DNA of 28,961 bases, taken from a virus (Duplodnaviria; Caudoviricetes). The position numbers and the translations under genes are program-made. This document shows, in pieces, positions 23,956 to 28,961 of the stretch (its first letter is position 1; every line of letters starts with the position of its first letter). Under the pieces are notes generated by a model. That model did no database searches, was not told the origin of the DNA, and saw only the letters and a list, made by a program, of their open reading frames with translations. The DNA lies in IMG/VR virus record IMGVR_UViG_3300023180_000291, positions 1-28,961 of that record. One strand, given 5' to 3'.

Positions 23956-25449
23956 TCAGGACAGCCAGTTGTAGCCGAAGCGGGCGACAGCTTCCGAAGA
24001 GCCGGACACCGTCTTGAAGCAGCGACGGAGGGTAGCCACGACGTGGGTCCCGCCCGTCTTGATGTCCCGCTCCATCTCCACCAGGTTGCCCCGGCGCTGG
24101 TAGTGGAAGAATGCGGAGCGGTCCACGGCGATGGCACCGGAGAGGGCGCCGGAGCCGGTGTAAAGACCCGTCGCGGCCAGGTCAGCGGACAGGAAGCGGG
24201 ACACGATGATGGGGTGCCCGAAGACGGACGCCAGCTGGCCGGACAGGAGGGTTGCGCCCTGTCCCAGCTTGTCCAGGGTCAGGACGTTGGAGTCTGCCAG
24301 GAGCTTCTGGTAGAAGACCTCCGGGCTAACGATGATTGCCAGCTGCGATGCAGCGCGCTCCCCCATCCCGCCGATCAGGTCGGTCATCAGTCCGGTGACG
24401 GTCTGAGCGCTGCCCATGTCCACGGTCTGGGAGCGGTCCGCAGCCAGGGCACGAAGACCCAGGAAGATGCGGCGGTGATCCGCAGCCCCGCCCAGTCCGG
24501 AGGCGCCCCAGCGGGAGCGGATGTTCCAGGAGCTGATCGCGTCCTGGTGTGTCGCGGCGGTGTCACCGTTGATCATGGCGTCTTCATAGCCGTCATTCAG
24601 GGCGTCCACGACCAGACGGCGGACCAGGGGCTCCATTGCAACAACGGCGTCCTCTGCATCCATCTCGTCGTACACGACGCGCACGGCCCAGTTGGTGACC
24701 GTGATCGTGGTTTCAGAGGTCACCGGGGTGGAGCCGGTGTAGTTGGTCGGGTCGTCGCTGGAGATGGCGTTTCGCTTGTAGGGACGAACGCCGGTCGTCA
24801 GCTTGGGCTGGAGCATCGTCGCGTTCGGCATATCGACGATCCCGAAGAGCTGGGCGACCGCGTTGGGGACCTGGAACTCTTCGTAGATGCTGGGGAAGGT
24901 TCCGTCTGGAATCCACTCCGCACCGCTTCCGGCGGTGTCGGTGATCGCCTTCTCGATTGCGCCCCGGATGCCCTGGGGAGCACGATGGAGCAAGGACAGG
25001 ATCTCGGCGTCCGTGCGGGGGGTGGCCGGGTTCTTTGCGACCAGGCGGACCAGGGACCGACGCTCAACGGCGCTCTGGAGCTCGCGGTGCCAGTCGGTCA
25101 GGACGGTTTTGTCGTCCAGCAGCCCGGGCTGGTCAATCTCAGCGACACGCCCGCCGAACTTAATCCGACGGACACCGCTCTTGAGATGGACCCGGCCGCT
25201 GTCGTCGGTGTAGCGCTGGATCAGCTCCCGGTCTGGGGTGCCGACTGCGGTACGCTGGGCGGGACGGGCCTGACCTTCCAGGACGCTCTGGAGCTTTGCA
25301 GACAGGTCAGACACGGCGCGCTGGGTCGCCACCTGGTCGCCAGCGGTCCGGGTCAGGACGGCGCTTGCTTCTTTCAGGTGCTCCCGGAGCGTGGACTCCG
25401 TGATCTTGTCTGGAACGGACAGGCTCTTGGTTTCTTCATTGCCGAACAT
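23956..25449 (-). CDS. Major capsid protein (HK97 fold) with N-terminal scaffold/delta region
   Basis: KAITDTAGSGAEWIPD, EDAMINGD, SVFGHPIIVS; AAGGAG RBS; follows the protease. Confidence 0.92.
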   Translation of the reverse strand: MFGNEETKSLSVPDKITESTLREHLKEASAVLTRTAGDQVATQRAVSDLSAKLQSVLEGQARPAQRTAVGTPDRELIQRYTDDSGRVHLKSGVRRIKFGGRVAEIDQPGLLDDKTVLTDWHRELQSAVERRSLVRLVAKNPATPRTDAEILSLLHRAPQGIRGAIEKAITDTAGSGAEWIPDGTFPSIYEEFQVPNAVAQLFGIVDMPNATMLQPKLTTGVRPYKRNAISSDDPTNYTGSTPVTSETTITVTNWAVRVVYDEMDAEDAVVAMEPLVRRLVVDALNDGYEDAMINGDTAATHQDAISSWNIRSRWGASGLGGAADHRRIFLGLRALAADRSQTVDMGSAQTVTGLMTDLIGGMGERAASQLAIIVSPEVFYQKLLADSNVLTLDKLGQGATLLSGQLASVFGHPIIVSRFLSADLAATGLYTGSGALSGAIAVDRSAFFHYQRRGNLVEMERDIKTGGTHVVATLRRCFKTVSGSSEAVARFGYNWLS

Positions 25450-25455
25450 ACCGGC

Positions 25456-27969
25456 TTACTCCTTCAGAAAGGGCAGACCGGTGGCCTGCGTTGGGGACTC
25501 TTGAAGCCATGACAGGGCGTCAGGCTCCGGGGGAGAAGTTACGCCCAGCAGCGCCCGCAGGCGTCGTCTGTTTGTGGCGTTGGCAAGCAGCGCCCGCAGC
25601 TCTTCGTCTGCGGCGGTTGCACTGGCAGCAATCAGGGCGGACCCGTTGGCGGGGACCGGGGTAATGGAGAACTCCACCAGCTCATTGTCTGAGGCGACGA
25701 TCCCGAAGGACTTGGGATCGTAGCGTGGATCGTCCTTCGGCAGCTCGGACCGGTACTGGACCGCCCCAGGGAAGAAACCGACGGAGCCCGCATTGATGAA
25801 GCCCCGTTGGATCTTGCCGGCGACCTCTGCGGCAAACGGGTCAGCCAGGTCAAACTCCATCTCAATCTCCAGCTGGCCGTCCACGACTTCGACGGCGGTT
25901 GCTCGAGCAATCGGCGGGCGGGTGCTGTCGTGGTTCCAGAGGATCACGGGGTTCCGCTTGTAGCTGTCCAGGTGCCAGGACTGCTCCACGACGTCGCCCA
26001 TCCGGTCTACCTCTGCGGTAGATGCGACGAAGCGGAAGACGGACTGGATCAAGGGCTCTTCTTCGTCTGCGGCCAGCTGTAGGCGCTTCAAAGTGACCCC
26101 GACATTGTGGCGCACGTCGGCCTCCTTTGCGGCGACGTGGCGCCGGCTCTGTTCTTTCTCTTCTTCGTCGGCCGCGTCCATTTGGCGCCCGATTTTATCC
26201 GCCCAGCTCCGGCCAGGGTCACCGAACCAGGCTGCCCAGGCGACCCGCCCCGGGCTGGGGTATCCAGGCTCCCCAGGGTTGAAGCCTTCCCCTTCCTGGT
26301 CGGACTCATGGCGGGCAAACCACGCCCGCATCCGGCGCGCTTTCTCGAAGGTGATGTCCTCGCCGTTGGCGACCTTGCGCGCCCAGACCTTCGTGGACTG
26401 GACCATGCCATCCCCGGCCAGTCCCTCTTCAATCCATCGGACGGCGCGCTCTGCTTCTTCGACCATGCCAGCGGTTGGCGTAAAGTCAATGTGATCGTAT
26501 TTGGTCGGCGTCGGGCGGGTGATCAGGCTCTTAAGGTCCTCTTCGGTGACAGCCCGATAGAAGCAGCGGCATTGCGGATGCCTGGGCAGCTCGGGACCGT
26601 CGTGGCTTCCGTCTGGGGCGACCAGATAGACCTCGTCGTGCTCTGGGCCGCATATCTCGCAGACCCGTTCATCCACGGCGGTCTGGTACCGGACAGCATA
26701 GGGAACGGCCCGCTGCTGGAAGGGTAGGACGTTGCGGACCTCCGGCTCCGGCTCCGCAGCTGCGGCCGGCTGGCTGGCCGGCTGGAGCATGGTTTCGTCT
26801 ATTTCGGTGAAACCCTCAACCTGTAGCGCCGCGATGGGCTCCAGGCCGAACTTTTCAACCAGTAGAGCCGCCCGTGTCATCCGGTCCGTCCGGGACTCCT
26901 GGAGGGCTTCGACGTTGCTGGTATCGTGTGCGACCCGGTCCGATACCCGGCCCATCCTGACGGCGACGACAGATAGCGCGTCCTCGACCAGTGCGATCAA
27001 GCCAAGCAGGTTCTGCCAGTAGATTCTGTTCTGTTGCTTCGCCGTGGCGAAGTTGGCGCTGGGCAGGAAGAGGCGGACGTAAGCCACGCCGACAACGGCC
27101 AGGATGGACGCCCGCGTCCAGTCCCGGGCAGCGCTGAACTCCATGTCCCGGGCGTTGAAGGGCAGCTGGGTAATATCGACCGGCCCGCCGATGGGGACGA
27201 TGCCGGTTCGGTTGGCGTGCCTCTGGATGGATGCAACCAGCTTTTCCAGCACGTCGGGACGGATGCTTGCGCCGTCCTTCGGGCTGATCGTCATCGTAGG
27301 CTGACCGCGTCCGGCTTCGTCTCTCCAGCGCTGGCTGGCCGCATACTCCCCGGTCAGCTCCGTCTCCAGGACTTCAATGACACCCTGTCCGTAAAGACTC
27401 TGCGGCCCGTCCCGGTAGCTGGTCTGCCGGACGTGGACCACGTCGTCCGGGCTGTAGTCTGTAGAGACGCCCTCTTCGGTGTAGCGGTACGCAGCGACCC
27501 CGCCGGAGCTGGAGGGGATGATCTGGACGTGCTCTGGATGGAGCCGGACCAGACTGGTCACCGACGAACCCCGCCCCAGGATCAGCGCAAAATAGTTGCC
27601 GGTCAAGAGCAGGTCCACGATCATCTGCCGGCGCCACAGTGTCGGTCCGGTATTCGAGGTCGGGCGCTCCATCAGCCGCAGGAAGGGGTGACGCTGCACG
27701 GCCCGGTTCCGGTCACCGACCAGGCGCCGGACCTGAAGCGGTAGACCGGCGATGTCCGTGGCTACGGCTTCCACGGCCGCATAGATCCAGGGGAACTTGC
27801 CGAACGCGCTCATGGAGTTGACGGCCGGATAGGGCTGCTGGACGCCGACTTCCTGACTCCATGCGTGTCCGTACCTGATCTGTTCCGGCTCTTCGACCAC
27901 TTGGAGCCGGCGGATGATCCAGCGCCAGCCCTCTGCGATGCGGTCCGCGATTGTTCGGGATTGACTCAC
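25456..27969 (-). CDS. Fusion protein: HK97-type portal + MuF/gp7-like Cys module + unknown domain + HK97 prohead protease
   Basis: Portal: WIYAAVEAVATDIAGLP, LLLTGNYF, DDVVHVR, DMEF. MuF-like: DERVCEIC...PRHPQCRC. Protease: FVAST..VDRMGD, NPVILWNHD, GSVGF, ELVEFSITPVPAN. Confidence 0.9.
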   Translation of the reverse strand: MSQSRTIADRIAEGWRWIIRRLQVVEEPEQIRYGHAWSQEVGVQQPYPAVNSMSAFGKFPWIYAAVEAVATDIAGLPLQVRRLVGDRNRAVQRHPFLRLMERPTSNTGPTLWRRQMIVDLLLTGNYFALILGRGSSVTSLVRLHPEHVQIIPSSSGGVAAYRYTEEGVSTDYSPDDVVHVRQTSYRDGPQSLYGQGVIEVLETELTGEYAASQRWRDEAGRGQPTMTISPKDGASIRPDVLEKLVASIQRHANRTGIVPIGGPVDITQLPFNARDMEFSAARDWTRASILAVVGVAYVRLFLPSANFATAKQQNRIYWQNLLGLIALVEDALSVVAVRMGRVSDRVAHDTSNVEALQESRTDRMTRAALLVEKFGLEPIAALQVEGFTEIDETMLQPASQPAAAAEPEPEVRNVLPFQQRAVPYAVRYQTAVDERVCEICGPEHDEVYLVAPDGSHDGPELPRHPQCRCFYRAVTEEDLKSLITRPTPTKYDHIDFTPTAGMVEEAERAVRWIEEGLAGDGMVQSTKVWARKVANGEDITFEKARRMRAWFARHESDQEGEGFNPGEPGYPSPGRVAWAAWFGDPGRSWADKIGRQMDAADEEEKEQSRRHVAAKEADVRHNVGVTLKRLQLAADEEEPLIQSVFRFVASTAEVDRMGDVVEQSWHLDSYKRNPVILWNHDSTRPPIARATAVEVVDGQLEIEMEFDLADPFAAEVAGKIQRGFINAGSVGFFPGAVQYRSELPKDDPRYDPKSFGIVASDNELVEFSITPVPANGSALIAASATAADEELRALLANATNRRRLRALLGVTSPPEPDALSWLQESPTQATGLPFLKE

Positions 27970-28135
27970 AGTAGACCGGATAGCCCAAACAAACCCGGAT
28001 AGTCAAGGGGCTGTCTCTGCCCTCTTCGCCGTATTCGTCGGGGTATCCGGCCGGCCGGCCGGTGATGTTCAGCGATAACGGTCGGGGCCCCCTACACGCC
28101 AGTCAAAGAGCGCCCCGACCGGGGAACATCCCCAG

Positions 28136-28396
28136 TCAGTCTATCACGGCCGCCCGCTGGAGTAGCGACTGGAGCCGGTCGTGTGCTTTGCTGTACCCGA
28201 CCCGGGCGCCGTCCACCTCTTCGTCTGAGCCCATGAAGAGCGCATTAACGTACTGTCTATGCATCTCTTCGCTGGAGTATCGGGCGGCTAGGATGTCCAG
28301 CCACAACCAGCCCACGTCATTGTCCAGCGCTGCGGCGACCTCGGACAGCTGCTGGAAGTGTCCGGCGTCATACAGGGACCGGAGGGCTGCGGACAT
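28136..28396 (-). CDS. Hypothetical protein
   Basis: AGGAG RBS; divergent from 28503. Confidence 0.7.
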   Translation of the reverse strand: MSAALRSLYDAGHFQQLSEVAAALDNDVGWLWLDILAARYSSEEMHRQYVNALFMGSDEEVDGARVGYSKAHDRLQSLLQRAAVID

Positions 28397-28410
28397 CGTG
28401 GACTCCTGGG

Positions 28411-28466
28411 GTGACTAAAATAAATATCAGAAAGTGATGACGGCTCGTTTAGTGACTGTTATAAAT
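28411..28466 (+). promoter_or_regulatory. Promoter with 23-bp element shared with 10086-10108
   Basis: GTGACTAAAATAAATATCAGAAA, then ATGACG-N17-TATAAA with TG extension. Confidence 0.7.
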
Positions 28467-28502
28467 ATCAGGCAAGCAAGCAAACCCAAACAGGAGCAAA
28501 CC

Positions 28503-28763
28503 ATGTCCGACCAGACCACCGACCTCACACAGAAAGCGCTGGACACCCTGCAGTTTTTCGGCTGGGTAGTCGTCGAAGAGAAAGAGCACACGCTGACCGT
28601 AGCAGATGACCACTCTGGTCCCTACATCACCAGCTACTCTTCTCTGAACTCCGCAGCCCTCAGTGCTGACCAGCGCCAGGACATCCTGGACAGCGACGAC
28701 CCTGAAGCCAGATACGACGCGCACTGCGACTGGTGTAGCGACTGGGACGCCTGGGAGCAGTAG
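28503..28763 (+). CDS. Small acidic protein
   Basis: AGGAG RBS; 19 D/E vs 4 K/R in 86 aa; HCDWC motif. Confidence 0.75.
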   Translation: MSDQTTDLTQKALDTLQFFGWVVVEEKEHTLTVADDHSGPYITSYSSLNSAALSADQRQDILDSDDPEARYDAHCDWCSDWDAWEQ

Positions 28764-28801
28764 AGCCCACCCCGACAGCCCCACCCTGACAGCCCGCCCC
28801 G

Positions 28802-28826
28802 CCCCGCCCTCCCCGGCGGGGTTTCC
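28802..28826 (+). terminator. Putative terminator between the 28503 gene and convergent terL
   Basis: CCCCGCC-CTCCCC-GGCGGGG-TTTCC. Confidence 0.55.
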
Positions 28827-28831
28827 TGCGT

Positions 28832-28961
28832 TCAGACGACCCACTGGGGAGACAGGGACAGGTAGTAGACCAGATACCGGAGACAGTCGGCCAGGTGGTC
28901 GTCCTTCTTGTGGATGCTTCCGTCCGGCTTCCGTCTGTAGAGGTTCAGCTCCCGCAGTAGC
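28832..28961 (+). repeat. Terminal direct repeat, right copy
   Basis: Copy of 1-130 with one substitution. Confidence 0.97.

Larger units (their letters stand above)
1..28831. mobile_element. Complete small tailed phage genome (siphovirus-like, HK97-type head), circular assembly
   Basis: Terminase, portal, protease, capsid, tail tube, tape measure, endolysin and replication genes are all present; the ends overlap by 130 bp; no host-like genes seen. Confidence 0.93.

Noticed and set aside
64-27744. Many long + strand ORFs (e.g. 64-957, 6321-7376, 12544-13578, 18844-20196, 24043-25512)
   Set aside because: Antisense shadows of well-supported minus-strand genes in GC-rich DNA; no motifs or RBS
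1-28961. tRNA, rRNA, integrase, transposase or methyltransferase genes
   Set aside because: No cloverleaf or catalytic motifs recognised by inspection; a profile search could still find remote homologues

Overview
The window looks like a complete, circularly assembled genome of a small, GC-rich tailed phage (roughly two-thirds G+C by eye) with HK97-type head genes and a non-contractile tail. Bases 1-130 recur at 28832-28961 with one mismatch, so the unit length is 28,831 bp. Most genes are on the minus strand in two translationally coupled blocks. The first (about 9100 down to 1) has two XRE HTH regulators, an HTH replication initiator with internal iterons, a helicase-loader-like protein, an ORF6N-type antirepressor, hypotheticals, and terS/terL. 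The second (27969 down to 11346) has a portal/MuF-like/unknown/prohead-protease fusion, major capsid, neck, tail tube, chaperones, tape measure, tail tip, a GH19 endolysin and further genes. The plus strand carries only small, mostly very acidic genes (9213-11224 and 28503-28763), and two of their promoters share an identical 23-bp element. I see no integrase, DNA polymerase, tRNA or CRISPR array. The most striking unexplained signals are about 21 dispersed (CCGG)n-type tracts spaced roughly every 1-2.8 kb, the four-part portal fusion, the co-regulated acidic mini-proteins, and a candidate +1 tail-chaperone frameshift. All product calls come from motif recognition and synteny; no database search was run.
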